From Clostridia bacterium (lineage in GTDB: Bacteria > Bacillota > Clostridia > Saccharofermentanales > UBA5734), in NCBI GenBank assembly GCA_040776905.1, contig JAXGZQ010000001.1, positions 1,564,400 to 1,628,399 on the forward strand: DNA of 64,000 nucleotides. The letters run 5' to 3'. Under the pieces are notes generated by a model that was given only the letters and a program-made list of their open reading frames with translations, was not told the DNA's origin and made no database searches. How positions within the stretch are numbered: position 1 is the stretch's first letter; every line of letters starts with the position of its first letter. The position numbers were made by a program, and so were the translations under genes. Positions 45,741-55,463 of this stretch are shown one piece after another.

Positions 45741-46916
45741 ATGAACCAATACAAGCCACTCACGATACCGGAACGAATTCTGATGGGACCGGGACCGAGC
45801 GATGTCGCGCCGTCAGTTCTGCGCGCCATGGCCAGCCCGCTGCTTGGCCATCTGGATCCTGTTTTCATGACGATCATGAATGAGATCATGGCTCAGCTGC
45901 GCGATGTCTTCGCGACGGAAAACAAGCTCACCATGCCGATGTCCGGAACAGGCAGTGCCGGCATGGAAACCGCTTTTGTCAATGTCATTGAACCGGGTGA
46001 TGTGGTCATCGTCGGCGTCAAAGGCGTTTTTGGCCAGCGGATGGTGGATGTTGCCCAGCGCTGCGGTGCCCGGGTGGTTCAAGTTGAAGCCCCCTGGGGC
46101 GAAGCGATCCGGCCGGAGCAGATCGAAGACGCGCTGAAGCGCGAGAAAAAGATCAAGGCTGTCGCGATTGTTCATGCGGAAACGTCAACCGGTGTGCGCC
46201 AGCCGCTGGCAGAAATCGGCCGTCTGGCACATGCCTATGACGCGCTGTATATTGTTGACGCGGTGACATCACTCGGTGGTATCCCGGTCGATGTCGATGA
46301 CAATGGCATCGATGTCTGCTACAGCGGGACGCAGAAATGCATCAGCGCTCCGCCCGGACTGGCGCCAGTGACATTGAATGAACGGGCTGCCGCCGTCATG
46401 GCCGGCCGCAAAACAAAGGTACAGAGCTGGTATCTGGATCTGAATATGATACAAAGCTACTGGGGCAATGAACGCCTGTATCACCATACCGCGCCGATCA
46501 CCATGAACTACGCGATCCATGAAGCCCTGCGTCTGATCCTGGATGAAGGGCTGGAAGCATGCTACGAGCGTCATGACCGTCTTGGCCGCGCTCTGCAGAC
46601 CGGACTGGAAGCCATGGGCCTCAAACTCCTGGTCAATGCTGATATCCGTCTGCCGGAACTGACGACTGTCCATATACCTGACGGTGTTAATGATGCCGCG
46701 GTCCGGGGACAGCTGCTCGAGCAGTTCGGCATTGAAATCGGCGGAGGACTCGGTGCCTTCAAGGGTAAGCTGTGGCGTGTCGGGCTGATGGGACATTCCT
46801 GCCAGATCCGCCATGTGGTGACCTTCCTGGCCGCTCTGGAGACCGCGTTGAAGGATCAGGGCTTTACACCTGAGAATGACGGCGTTGACGCGGCGATGAA
46901 AATAATCCACGGCTGA
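45741..46916 (+). CDS. class V aminotransferase (alanine-glyoxylate / serine-pyruvate aminotransferase family)
   Basis: [17 protein letters not shown]..., VHAETSTGV, and the PLP-Lys context [15 protein letters not shown]. 391 aa. Confidence 0.9.
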   Translation: MNQYKPLTIPERILMGPGPSDVAPSVLRAMASPLLGHLDPVFMTIMNEIMAQLRDVFATENKLTMPMSGTGSAGMETAFVNVIEPGDVVIVGVKGVFGQRMVDVAQRCGARVVQVEAPWGEAIRPEQIEDALKREKKIKAVAIVHAETSTGVRQPLAEIGRLAHAYDALYIVDAVTSLGGIPVDVDDNGIDVCYSGTQKCISAPPGLAPVTLNERAAAVMAGRKTKVQSWYLDLNMIQSYWGNERLYHHTAPITMNYAIHEALRLILDEGLEACYERHDRLGRALQTGLEAMGLKLLVNADIRLPELTTVHIPDGVNDAAVRGQLLEQFGIEIGGGLGAFKGKLWRVGLMGHSCQIRHVVTFLAALETALKDQGFTPENDGVDAAMKIIHG

Positions 46917-46944
46917 TATCGACTGACTTTACTATCCTGAAATC

Positions 46945-46977
46945 AAAAAAGGATGTCCTGCCGGGACATCCTTTTTT
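46945..46977. terminator. bidirectional intrinsic terminator
   Basis: A6-GGATGTCC (46951-46958) / GGACATCC (46964-46971)-T6 with loop TGCCG. Confidence 0.75.
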
Positions 46978-46993
46978 GACTGGACAAAGATCA

Positions 46994-47734
46994 TCAGACA
47001 TAGCGGATTTTGACACCTGAGAAGCTGAGAGAGCCCTGCAGTCGGACATTGACAATTTTGTCGTCGCGGCTGATCAGCCCCTCTTCACTGACCGAGGAGG
47101 CAAATGAGCTGACTTTGTCCTGGATCGCCCAGTTGCGGGGGACGACCAGTTCCACACCGGAGAACGCGACACTGAGATTGATCTGCAGCGGATCCGCCGC
47201 GACCTGGCACTGGTCAAAAAAGATTTTGGTCCCGCCGAAGCTGCAGCCGACATTGACACGTTTGAGCTGACGGGCATGAATGTATTTCGTTTCTTCACCG
47301 AAGCTGCAGTTGATGTTGACCTGTTCATCTTCGCCTGAGACCGCGTCATCAGCGGCCGCGTCATCCTGTCCGGCATCGATGATCTCACCGTTTGAACGAA
47401 AGTCATGATGAATCTTGACATGCCGGTGGCGGGATCTGGGCCGCAGCAGTGCGCTGAGCCCGATGCCGAGAATCGCGATGGCAACGATCACCAGGACGAT
47501 GTTCATGTCTTCAAGACCCAGCGGTACACGCCAGAGATAGAGAATGACCGCCAGCGGGAGTGTGCCGATGAAATACTGGCGATGCAGGAAACTTGATATT
47601 GAGATGCCAAGCAGCAGTACACTGGCGATGATCCGGGTCAGATCATAGGTCTGACCGATATTGAGGGCGTGCAGCAGCAGCAGAACGCCGCAGCCCAGGA
47701 GAAGCAGACTCCACAGAATTCTAGATGTTTTCAT
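46994..47734 (-). CDS. LiaF-like / DUF2154 membrane protein (cell wall-active antibiotics response family)
   Basis: An N-terminal block of four or more TM helices, then repetitive beta-strand segments (VNINCSFGEE..., VNVGCSFGGTKIFF..., INLSVAFSGVELVVP..., LQGSLSFSGVKIRY) typical of the LiaF C-terminal domain. Start set at ATG 47734. Confidence 0.75.
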   Translation of the reverse strand: MKTSRILWSLLLLGCGVLLLLHALNIGQTYDLTRIIASVLLLGISISSFLHRQYFIGTLPLAVILYLWRVPLGLEDMNIVLVIVAIAILGIGLSALLRPRSRHRHVKIHHDFRSNGEIIDAGQDDAAADDAVSGEDEQVNINCSFGEETKYIHARQLKRVNVGCSFGGTKIFFDQCQVAADPLQINLSVAFSGVELVVPRNWAIQDKVSSFASSVSEEGLISRDDKIVNVRLQGSLSFSGVKIRYV

Positions 47735-48188
47735 AGATAAACCTCTCATTCATTTTTCTGAACAGCTCACGACCATACATACGGGAACAATATATCTCCT
47801 TATGCGACTGGCGGAAAGCGACCAGACTGACACCGGTCAGGCTCTTCTGAATGGAATAGATGTGCAGGATGCTGGCGATCGCCGAGCGGGAGACACGGAC
47901 GAAATATCCCGGCAGCGCAGCTTCCAGTTCATACAGCCTGGCTTTGACTTCAAACGCGTCAGCCGCCGAATGCGCATATACATGGTCGTCATCTGTCTCA
48001 AAAAATAAAATTTCACGCAGCGAGAGATAATAATGCTCATCTCCCTTATAAAAGACGATGGGCTGCCGGGACACATCCTGCCGACGGATCAGATTGGCCA
48101 TTGCTTCGATTTCCGGTGTCAGCTCATGACAGCGGATCACAGCGGTTTCTGGTTGGTTTTTATCAACAATTTCAAGTCGCACATGCAT
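47721..48188 (-). CDS. LytTR family DNA-binding protein (no receiver domain)
   Basis: 155 aa. The LytTR pattern is ...HYYLSLREILFFETDDDHVYAHSAADAFEVKARLYELEAALPGYFVRVSRSAIASILHI... It overlaps the downstream membrane-protein gene by 14 nt. Confidence 0.8.
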   Translation of the reverse strand: MHVRLEIVDKNQPETAVIRCHELTPEIEAMANLIRRQDVSRQPIVFYKGDEHYYLSLREILFFETDDDHVYAHSAADAFEVKARLYELEAALPGYFVRVSRSAIASILHIYSIQKSLTGVSLVAFRQSHKEIYCSRMYGRELFRKMNERFIYENI

Positions 48189-48305
48189 GATCAGACCTCA
48201 CATCCCCATTATAGGCATGGATTGTAACGGGCAAAAGAGCCTGACGGTGAGTGGTTGTGTTTGAGCGGTGAGTGGTCAGAAACAAAAGGTTGCTGCTGCC
48301 GCGGC

Positions 48306-50492
48306 TCAGCTCCATTCGATCGTAACGCGTTGTGTTTTTTGGCCGGACAGTTCAATGCTGCGTTCATCCGGCTGATGGCCTCCGACATCAATCTGCCAGA
48401 CGCCTCTGGCGATCGCGCGCTGCCCCTGATCATCAGCCTGCCAGAAATGCTTGCGCAGCAGTTCCAGTCTGAAGGATTTTGTCTCGCCGGGTGCCAGCTC
48501 AATCGCCGCAAGGCCGCGCAACTGATGGTGTGCCTGGCGGAAACGGACATCGGCCGGTGCCTTCAGATACAGTTGGATGATCTCCCGGCCTGCCTGGCTG
48601 CCTTGATTGGTCACCTGGCCGCTGACCGCGATGAGCGGGTCATTTCGCCGGGCCATCAGATCATCATCCGCATCAAGCGGCTCAGTGTCAAACCGGGTCA
48701 CCTGAAGTGGTCCATAGGAAAATGATGTGTAGCTGAGACCGAAACCAAAGGGGTAGAGCGGTGTCTTTGTCATGTAGCGATAGGTGCGGTCCTTCATGCT
48801 GTAGTCAGTGAAATCAGGCAGTTCCTCACTGCTGCGGTAAAAAGTGACCGGCAATCGACCGGAGGGCGAGAAATCACCGCAAACCAGCTGGGCCAGAGCA
48901 CGGCCGCCCTGAGCACCCGGATACCAGGCCTGGATGATCGCGTCTGCTTTTTCATCCGCCAGCGGCACAGCCAACGAGCTGCCGGCCAGAAGAACGACGA
49001 TGACCGGTTTGCCGCTGTCCAGCAGGGCTTCGAGCAGCTGGTGCTGATAACCGGGCAGATTGAGATCCTGTTTATCGCCGGAAGAGTACTGGTTGCCGGT
49101 ATCACCTTCTTCACCTTCGAGACCGGCATCAAGGCCGAGACAGAGGATAACCGCGTCAGCCTGGTCAGCACAGGCCAGTGCCTCACTGATTCGATCGCCG
49201 GGCTGGCTGAGATTGGTCATGGACGGATTGTACAGGTGGCAGCCTTCGGCATATAAAACGCGCGTGCCTGGCGCTGCGGTTTCGATGAAACCACGCAGCG
49301 GTGTCGCCGGATCATTCGGTGTCCCGTTATAGTTGCCGAGCAGCGCCGCCGGATTGTCGGCGTTCGGACCGACGACGGCCAGTGTACGGATCGATTCACG
49401 GCGCAGTGGCAGGACTCCGTTGTTTTTCAGGAGAACCAGACTGCGGCGGGCTGTTTCCAGATTGATCGCACGGTGTTCAGCCCCATCGACCAAATCAAAG
49501 GACAGCGTTTTCCAGGGCTGGTCCTGGACGTCTCCCAGCAGACCGAGACGGTAGCGGGCTGTCATCAGCCGGACCAGTGACACATCAATCGCGGCCTCAT
49601 CAATCAGGCCGTCTTCAACCGCCGCAAGCAGACTGAGGTACGCGGTACCGCAGTTGAGGTCGCAGCCGCGGCGGACAGCCAGCGCGGCGGATTCCGGCAT
49701 GTTTGAAGTCACGCCGTGCCCGTCGTGAAAATCCTTGATGGCCCAGCAGTCACTGGTGACATGTCCGTCAAACTGCCACAGTCCGCGCAGGATCTGTTCC
49801 AGCAGATATGGATGCGCGCAGCAGGGATCACCGTTGGTCCGGTTGTAAGCGCCCATGACAGATTCAACCTGTCCGTCGACAACACATTCCTCAAAGGCAT
49901 AGAGGTATGTGTCCCACAGATCCCGCAGATCTGAGCGGGCATCAAAATGATGGCGCAGCGCCTCAGGCCCCGAGTGGACCGCGTAATGCTTGGCACAGGC
50001 CGCGGCCTTGAGCCATCGTTCGTCAGTTCCTTGAATGCCGCGGATGAACGCTTTACCGCATTCCGCCGTCAGGAAAGGATCCTCGCCGTAAGTCTCATGT
50101 CCCCGGCCCCAGCGCGGGTCACGGAAAATATTGATATTCGGTGACCAGAAGGTCAGTCCCTTGTAAATATCACGGTCGCCGCGTCGGCTGGCCGCTTCAT
50201 ATTTCGCCCGCCCTTCGGTTGAGATGACATCGGCGACTTTTTCAAGCCAGACGGGATCGAACATCGCCGCCAGGCCGATCGCCTGCGGGAAAACGGTCGC
50301 CACCCCTGCTCTCGCGACCCCATGCAGCGCTTCATTCCACCAGTTATAGGCCGGAATGCCCAGGCGGGCCGACTCAGCGGCACCGTGGACCATCTGAAGC
50401 ACCTTCTCATCCAGCGTCATTTGCGCCACAAGCGCTCTGGCGCTTGCTTTATACTGATCATCAATTTCCCGGTGAATCGTTCCTGTCGGCAT
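48306..50492 (-). CDS. glycoside hydrolase family 3 (beta-glucosidase/beta-xylosidase-like)
   Basis: MTLDEKV, GIPAYNWWNEALHGVA, FWSPNINIFRDPRWGRGHETYGEDP, the nucleophile context GHVTSDCWA, and a C-terminal fibronectin-like domain. No signal peptide. Confidence 0.9.
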   Translation of the reverse strand: MPTGTIHREIDDQYKASARALVAQMTLDEKVLQMVHGAAESARLGIPAYNWWNEALHGVARAGVATVFPQAIGLAAMFDPVWLEKVADVISTEGRAKYEAASRRGDRDIYKGLTFWSPNINIFRDPRWGRGHETYGEDPFLTAECGKAFIRGIQGTDERWLKAAACAKHYAVHSGPEALRHHFDARSDLRDLWDTYLYAFEECVVDGQVESVMGAYNRTNGDPCCAHPYLLEQILRGLWQFDGHVTSDCWAIKDFHDGHGVTSNMPESAALAVRRGCDLNCGTAYLSLLAAVEDGLIDEAAIDVSLVRLMTARYRLGLLGDVQDQPWKTLSFDLVDGAEHRAINLETARRSLVLLKNNGVLPLRRESIRTLAVVGPNADNPAALLGNYNGTPNDPATPLRGFIETAAPGTRVLYAEGCHLYNPSMTNLSQPGDRISEALACADQADAVILCLGLDAGLEGEEGDTGNQYSSGDKQDLNLPGYQHQLLEALLDSGKPVIVVLLAGSSLAVPLADEKADAIIQAWYPGAQGGRALAQLVCGDFSPSGRLPVTFYRSSEELPDFTDYSMKDRTYRYMTKTPLYPFGFGLSYTSFSYGPLQVTRFDTEPLDADDDLMARRNDPLIAVSGQVTNQGSQAGREIIQLYLKAPADVRFRQAHHQLRGLAAIELAPGETKSFRLELLRKHFWQADDQGQRAIARGVWQIDVGGHQPDERSIELSGQKTQRVTIEWS

Positions 50493-50512
50493 GGTCTGCC
50501 CTCCCTGACTGA

Positions 50513-52000
50513 TTATTCTTTCCGGCTGAAACTGCGCTCATCCGGCTGAAACGGTACTACATCCGCGGTTTCAAAGAGAAAGCGGAGCATCCTTTCTTTC
50601 AGTGAAATCAGAATGTCCTGCAGATCTGGTTCTTCGATCAGGTTATGCATCTCCCGAGGATCCTGCTGCAGGTCATAGAGCTCATCATTTTCATTCAGGC
50701 GCCGTACATATTTGTACCGATCGGTGCGCAGCATGACCGCCAGACTGTGCTCGGGGCCGCTGCCGGTCTGCAGGGACAGCCTGGGTGAGTAGAGCCCGTC
50801 ATCACTGCCGCTCGAAGTGGATTGGAATTCCGAGCAGTGCCATTCGTCCGGCCGTCGCCCACCTTCACAGAAAACAGCGTCCCGGTGCTGGTCGGTCTGT
50901 CCCTGGATCAAGGGGAGAAGGGAGCGGCCGAACTGTGTCCAGTCAAACGTCAGTCCAGCCAGATCAACAACTGTCGCGGGAAAGTCAACCAGTTCAACGA
51001 GGGCATCACGGACGCCCGGGCGGACCCCGGCATCACGCGGCGGCTTGACGATCAGGGGAACCCGGGTCAGACAGTCCTGAAACGTATTCTGAGTTTTTTC
51101 AACCAGTCCGTAATCACCGGTAAAATCTCCGTGATCGCTGAAAAAGAAGACCGCGCTGTCATCATAACGACCGCTTCGTTTCAGTGCTGCCATCAACTGG
51201 CCGAACTGGTCGTCAATCCGGGCACACATCCCGAGATACGTCGCTTTCAGCTCTGTCAGCCGCTCCCGGCTCCAGCCGGACAGCCGCTGCCTCTCGTAAA
51301 GTCCCCGCAGAATTGAAGGCTTATCCTCCCAGCGCCCATATGGTGGCAGGGGAGGCTCAACCCGGCTGCGGTCAATCTGGCTGTAATAGGGTTCCTCAAC
51401 ACCATAAGGAGGATGTGGATACAGCAAGGGCAGATAGATGCACAGCGGTTGATCGCCGTCGTATGAATCAATCAGGTCGATCGCGTCCAGCACATGGGCC
51501 CAGTCTTCATCAATATAAGGTCCGGGTCCGCGTGGTGTCAGGCGCCCGGCGTAAAATGAGTAGTAATTATCTCCGTCAGACGGTCCGCGCCACCAGGTTT
51601 CCGCATGCAGATTGTAGCCGGTCAGTTCACGATCGCTCCGGTTGTAGTGGCTGCAGACATCGTCATAGCCATGCTGCCCGGGAATCAGGTCGTTCTTGCC
51701 GCCCCACCAAACATGATAACCGGCCTGTTTGAGCGAGCGGAGCAGAACCGGCTCATGCGGCTGCATCATGTGATACATGGTCCGATGGCCATGCACATGA
51801 GGATACCAGCCGCTCATGAACGAACAGCGGCTGGGCGTGCAGACCGGATTCTGACAGTAGGCCTGGGCGAAAGAGACGGCATCCTCGCGGCAGATCCGGT
51901 CGAGATTCGGGGTGCTGCCCTGACCACCAAGATGAGCCAGCGCGTCACTGCGGAACTGGTCCGGATTGAAGATGATCAGATGGGGCTTCTTACCAGGCAT
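50513..52000 (-). CDS. sulfatase (formylglycine-dependent, Cys-type), no signal peptide
   Basis: PHLIIFNPDQFRSD and the signature CQNPVCTPSRCSFMSG (C-T-P-S-R). 495 aa. Confidence 0.9.
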   Translation of the reverse strand: MPGKKPHLIIFNPDQFRSDALAHLGGQGSTPNLDRICREDAVSFAQAYCQNPVCTPSRCSFMSGWYPHVHGHRTMYHMMQPHEPVLLRSLKQAGYHVWWGGKNDLIPGQHGYDDVCSHYNRSDRELTGYNLHAETWWRGPSDGDNYYSFYAGRLTPRGPGPYIDEDWAHVLDAIDLIDSYDGDQPLCIYLPLLYPHPPYGVEEPYYSQIDRSRVEPPLPPYGRWEDKPSILRGLYERQRLSGWSRERLTELKATYLGMCARIDDQFGQLMAALKRSGRYDDSAVFFFSDHGDFTGDYGLVEKTQNTFQDCLTRVPLIVKPPRDAGVRPGVRDALVELVDFPATVVDLAGLTFDWTQFGRSLLPLIQGQTDQHRDAVFCEGGRRPDEWHCSEFQSTSSGSDDGLYSPRLSLQTGSGPEHSLAVMLRTDRYKYVRRLNENDELYDLQQDPREMHNLIEEPDLQDILISLKERMLRFLFETADVVPFQPDERSFSRKE

Positions 52001-52041
52001 GTCAACCTCCGTCCTGCTGTCTGTTCAGTTTTTACCGGCGG

Positions 52042-53154
52042 TCAGTAAATGGACCGGCCGGCCAGCTTATAATCAGCGATTTTCAGTTTGCGCATGACAT
52101 CGATGCCGTAGGGGCAGCGTTCATTGCAAAGGCCGCAGTCAGTACAGCGGTCGGCCTTTACCGTCAGAGCGGCATAATCTTCGCGTGCCTGGCGGTCATT
52201 GCCGAACCAGAAGCGAAGCCGGTCACGCAGAGCGAAGTCGGACGCGTTCCGAACGATGCCGTCCCGCATCTGTCGGTCATAATGGCCTTCCATCAGGAAA
52301 ATAAGCGGCAGGTCAATCTGTTCCGGACAAGGCAGGCACAGGCCACATTGCCGGCAGACATAATTCCCCAGCTCAGGCGCGTCGTGATAAAGCTGTTCCA
52401 GCGCTTCGTCTGTCGGCGGGACATAATCATTGGCGAACGTAAGATCATCTCGCAGCATCGCTTCAGTGTTGATCCCGGTCACGACAACGGAGACGGGCCG
52501 GCTGAACGCGTATTGGAACGCCCTGGACGCGGACTGCCAGAGCAGACCGTCTGCCAGCGGTTTCATCAGAATGACCGCGCAGCCTTTTTCAGCGGCCAGC
52601 GGCAGCAGTTCGTCTTCAATGGCGGGGAAATTGAATCGATCATAATAATTGATGGTGGTCATGACGGCTTCGAATGGGTATCGCTTGAGGGCTTCGACCA
52701 GGACATCCGGTCGACCATGCATGGAGAGTCCGACATGGTCCGCCTTGCCGGCCTCGCGGGCGGTGAGAAATCCTTCGATTGCACCGCCCGGACCGAGGAT
52801 CTGGTCCAGTTCAGCCAGTGTGGCCACTCCATGCATCAGAACAACATCAAGGTGGTCTGTCTGCAGATTCTCCAGACTGCGGTCGAGGGTTCTCAAAAAA
52901 CCGTCCCGGTCGCGGTCCGCCATCTTTGAGACCAGCATGTACTCCTGCCGGCGATGTGATATCGCCTGGCCGATCTTGCGTTCTGATTCACCGTTGCCAT
53001 AGTTCGCGGCGGTTTCAATGTAATTGCCGCCACTGTCAAGGTAAGCGTTGAGAAGCCGTGTGGATGTTTCGAGGTCGATCTCCAGCAGATGGAAACCACC
53101 AAAACCGAGAATCGTTGAGGCCAGACCTGTCTGGCCGAACGGACGTGTCAGCAT
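52042..53154 (-). CDS. aldo/keto reductase fused to a C-terminal 2x[4Fe-4S] ferredoxin-like domain
   Basis: AKR N-terminus MLTRPFGQTGLASTILGFGGF...NYIETAANYG. The C-terminal region carries CRQCGLCLPCP and CTDCGLCNERCP (CxxCxxCxxxCP, twice). AGGAGGG lies 7 nt upstream. Confidence 0.85.
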   Translation of the reverse strand: MLTRPFGQTGLASTILGFGGFHLLEIDLETSTRLLNAYLDSGGNYIETAANYGNGESERKIGQAISHRRQEYMLVSKMADRDRDGFLRTLDRSLENLQTDHLDVVLMHGVATLAELDQILGPGGAIEGFLTAREAGKADHVGLSMHGRPDVLVEALKRYPFEAVMTTINYYDRFNFPAIEDELLPLAAEKGCAVILMKPLADGLLWQSASRAFQYAFSRPVSVVVTGINTEAMLRDDLTFANDYVPPTDEALEQLYHDAPELGNYVCRQCGLCLPCPEQIDLPLIFLMEGHYDRQMRDGIVRNASDFALRDRLRFWFGNDRQAREDYAALTVKADRCTDCGLCNERCPYGIDVMRKLKIADYKLAGRSIY

Positions 53155-53238
53155 GCCATGTCCCTCCTGTCATCGGAATAATCGGTTGGAGTCTGGTTTT
53201 ATTATAGCATGATGATCGCCGGGACAACGGCAGATCGG

Positions 53239-53520
53239 TCAGACAAGTGGATGATCAGATTGCTTTTCCAGACGGCGGTTGCGGACATACAACAGAAGAT
53301 CAAGTGAAACGATCGTCAGATTGAAGATGTAAACGAGAATCACCAAATCCTGCGAATATAAAACCTTATGTAGAATACCGCTGACATAGCCAATCCAGAT
53401 CGCGATCAGAAACAAGAGGCTTTTCCCCTTTGTGCTGCGTGCCCGATAGGATTTCAACGCGGCAAAAGGCCAGGAAATCCCGAAACAGACCAGCATGATC
53501 AGCTCAAAAACACTATTCAT
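53239..53520 (-). CDS. small 3-TM membrane protein, PQ-loop/SemiSWEET-like
   Basis: 93 aa: ELIMLVCFGISWPFAALKSYRARSTKGKSLLFLIAIWIGYVSGILHKV...LVYIFNLTIVSLDLLLYV. It resembles the small PQ-loop-domain proteins of Firmicutes as I recall them. Has a 4-nt overlap with the upstream GTPase gene. Confidence 0.55.
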   Translation of the reverse strand: MNSVFELIMLVCFGISWPFAALKSYRARSTKGKSLLFLIAIWIGYVSGILHKVLYSQDLVILVYIFNLTIVSLDLLLYVRNRRLEKQSDHPLV

Positions 53521-55463
53521 TGAATCGCACCTCTCACATAAAGAATATATTTGTCACGGTCCAAAGGATTGATCCCGCGATACTCCGTACTTTCACCATA
53601 ACCTTCCGGACAGGGCTGGTAATCGGCGAATGTCATGGCCAAAATACCACGTCCACCTGTGACCTGGGCGACGAAGACCGGGAAATCCATTGATTCAGCG
53701 GCCGGTACCCGTCCGGTCAGAAGGCGCCTGGTTTCAGGGTCCGTCTGATCTGGGACATCATCCGGCGGTTCAGCGTCAAGCTGGCCCCGCATGGTCACGA
53801 TCCGGCTGATCATCCTGCCGGTGTCTGCCTGGGGGATCGAGAGCCAGAAGCGGAGAATCGGTTCAAGCAAACGGGTTCCGGCGGCGACGAGTCCCTTCAT
53901 GATGGCCATCGGGGTGACGGTGGCGAAGTCCAGTGGATGCGTGTGGACCGGATGATCCTCACCATCGGCCAGCGTGATTTTCAGATCGGTCACCTGCCAG
54001 CCAAGTGGACCCTGCTGCAGCGCGGGACCGATGGTCTGTTCGACCTGGCCCTGATAACGATAGTGAATCCGTGTATCGGGTGTCCGGCTTTCATAGATGA
54101 CACCGCTCCCTGTCGGCAGCGGTTCAATTTCAAACCGGACGATCGCCCAGCAGGGTTTCGGCATGGTATAGGCATCAAAACCGATCGCCGGTTTGACCGG
54201 AGTTTCCCGGTAAATAATCTGCGGCGGCTCAATCCCGACTTTTAGATCGAACCGTGTCTCAAACAGGTTGGCGAGAATCTCAATTTGAATCGGGCCGGTG
54301 ACATGAAGAAGCAGTTGGCGGACACCAGGAACCCAGATCATATCCAATTTCGGATCTTCCGCGGTCAGTTCCTCGCAGGCAGCGACCAGCCGGCTGAGAT
54401 CCTGCTCATCGACAGGGCGCAGGCGGACCTGGAGCAGCGGCTGGGCAACAGGGACTGAACGGGGCACATGTGCGGCGTCTCCCAGCCAGTCGCCGGCCCG
54501 GACATCCGACAGTCCACAGATCGCCGCGATATCGCCGGCTGCCATCTCACCGATATCAGACGCGCGCCTGCCGGAGGTTTTGCGGATCTGGACAATCTTG
54601 GCCGTTGTGCCGCGGGTCGCGTTGAAGACGGCATCACGGTTTTTCAGTCGGCCGCTGTACAGGCGGACATAGGCGATCCGTCCCAGCCGCGGATCGTGTT
54701 CGACTTTGAAGACAGACGCCGCGACCGGTCCATCGGGATCGCCGGCTGGTGGCCTCGCGGTCAGAATGATCAGGTCGAGCAGCTCACGGATTCCTTGTCC
54801 GAGCAGTGCGCTGCCGGTCAGGTATGGGGCCGTCAGGCCGTCATGCATCTGCCGGATCAGGGCTTCAACAAGCTGTTCCCGATCCGCGTTCCGACCTTCC
54901 AGCCACAACTCGGCGAGCTGATCATCATGTTCCGCCAGTTCAGACAGCCATTGATCCTCCTGGCCGGCGGGAAGCACCGAGAGACGGAGCAGTTGACGCA
55001 CAGTGGCCAGCACCCGCTCAGGGTCGGCACCGGTGCGGTCGGTTTTGTTGATAAAGAGAATGACCGGACAGTTCAGACGGCGAAGTGCCTGGTAGTACTG
55101 TTCGCTTTGGGCCTGGACGCCTTCAACCGCGGAAAGGCAGAGTACCGCGCAGTCAAGGACCTGCAGGCTGCGCTCAACCTCAGCCGCGAAATCAACATGA
55201 CCGGGGGTGTCGATCAGATTGATCGTCACACCTTGCCAGTGGATGACGGTTGTCGCCGTCCGTACGGAAATCCCGCGGCGGCGCTCGACCTCCATATAGT
55301 CAGTCTGGGCCGTTCCCAGATCCACACTGCCGGGGGCAAGCACCGCACCGCTGTGATAAAGAAGCTGTTCGGTCAGCGTGGTCTTTCCAGCGTCAACATG
55401 GGCGATAATCCCGATATTGATCACAGAACCACGATTTTCAACTGACAAGTCGTTTTTCTGCAT
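53517..55463 (-). CDS. Tet(M)/Tet(O)-like ribosomal protection protein / EF-G-family translational GTPase
   Basis: INIGIIAHVDAGKTTLTEQLLYHSGA...ERRRGISV...LIDTPGHVDFAAEVERSL...VLDCAVLCLSAVEGVQAQSE...FINKTDR is colinear with the Tet(M) G domain as I remember it. About 650 aa with five-domain length. The start is ambiguous (ATG 55463 or TTG 55487), and neither has a clear SD. Confidence 0.8.
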   Translation of the reverse strand: MQKNDLSVENRGSVINIGIIAHVDAGKTTLTEQLLYHSGAVLAPGSVDLGTAQTDYMEVERRRGISVRTATTVIHWQGVTINLIDTPGHVDFAAEVERSLQVLDCAVLCLSAVEGVQAQSEQYYQALRRLNCPVILFINKTDRTGADPERVLATVRQLLRLSVLPAGQEDQWLSELAEHDDQLAELWLEGRNADREQLVEALIRQMHDGLTAPYLTGSALLGQGIRELLDLIILTARPPAGDPDGPVAASVFKVEHDPRLGRIAYVRLYSGRLKNRDAVFNATRGTTAKIVQIRKTSGRRASDIGEMAAGDIAAICGLSDVRAGDWLGDAAHVPRSVPVAQPLLQVRLRPVDEQDLSRLVAACEELTAEDPKLDMIWVPGVRQLLLHVTGPIQIEILANLFETRFDLKVGIEPPQIIYRETPVKPAIGFDAYTMPKPCWAIVRFEIEPLPTGSGVIYESRTPDTRIHYRYQGQVEQTIGPALQQGPLGWQVTDLKITLADGEDHPVHTHPLDFATVTPMAIMKGLVAAGTRLLEPILRFWLSIPQADTGRMISRIVTMRGQLDAEPPDDVPDQTDPETRRLLTGRVPAAESMDFPVFVAQVTGGRGILAMTFADYQPCPEGYGESTEYRGINPLDRDKYILYVRGAIQ

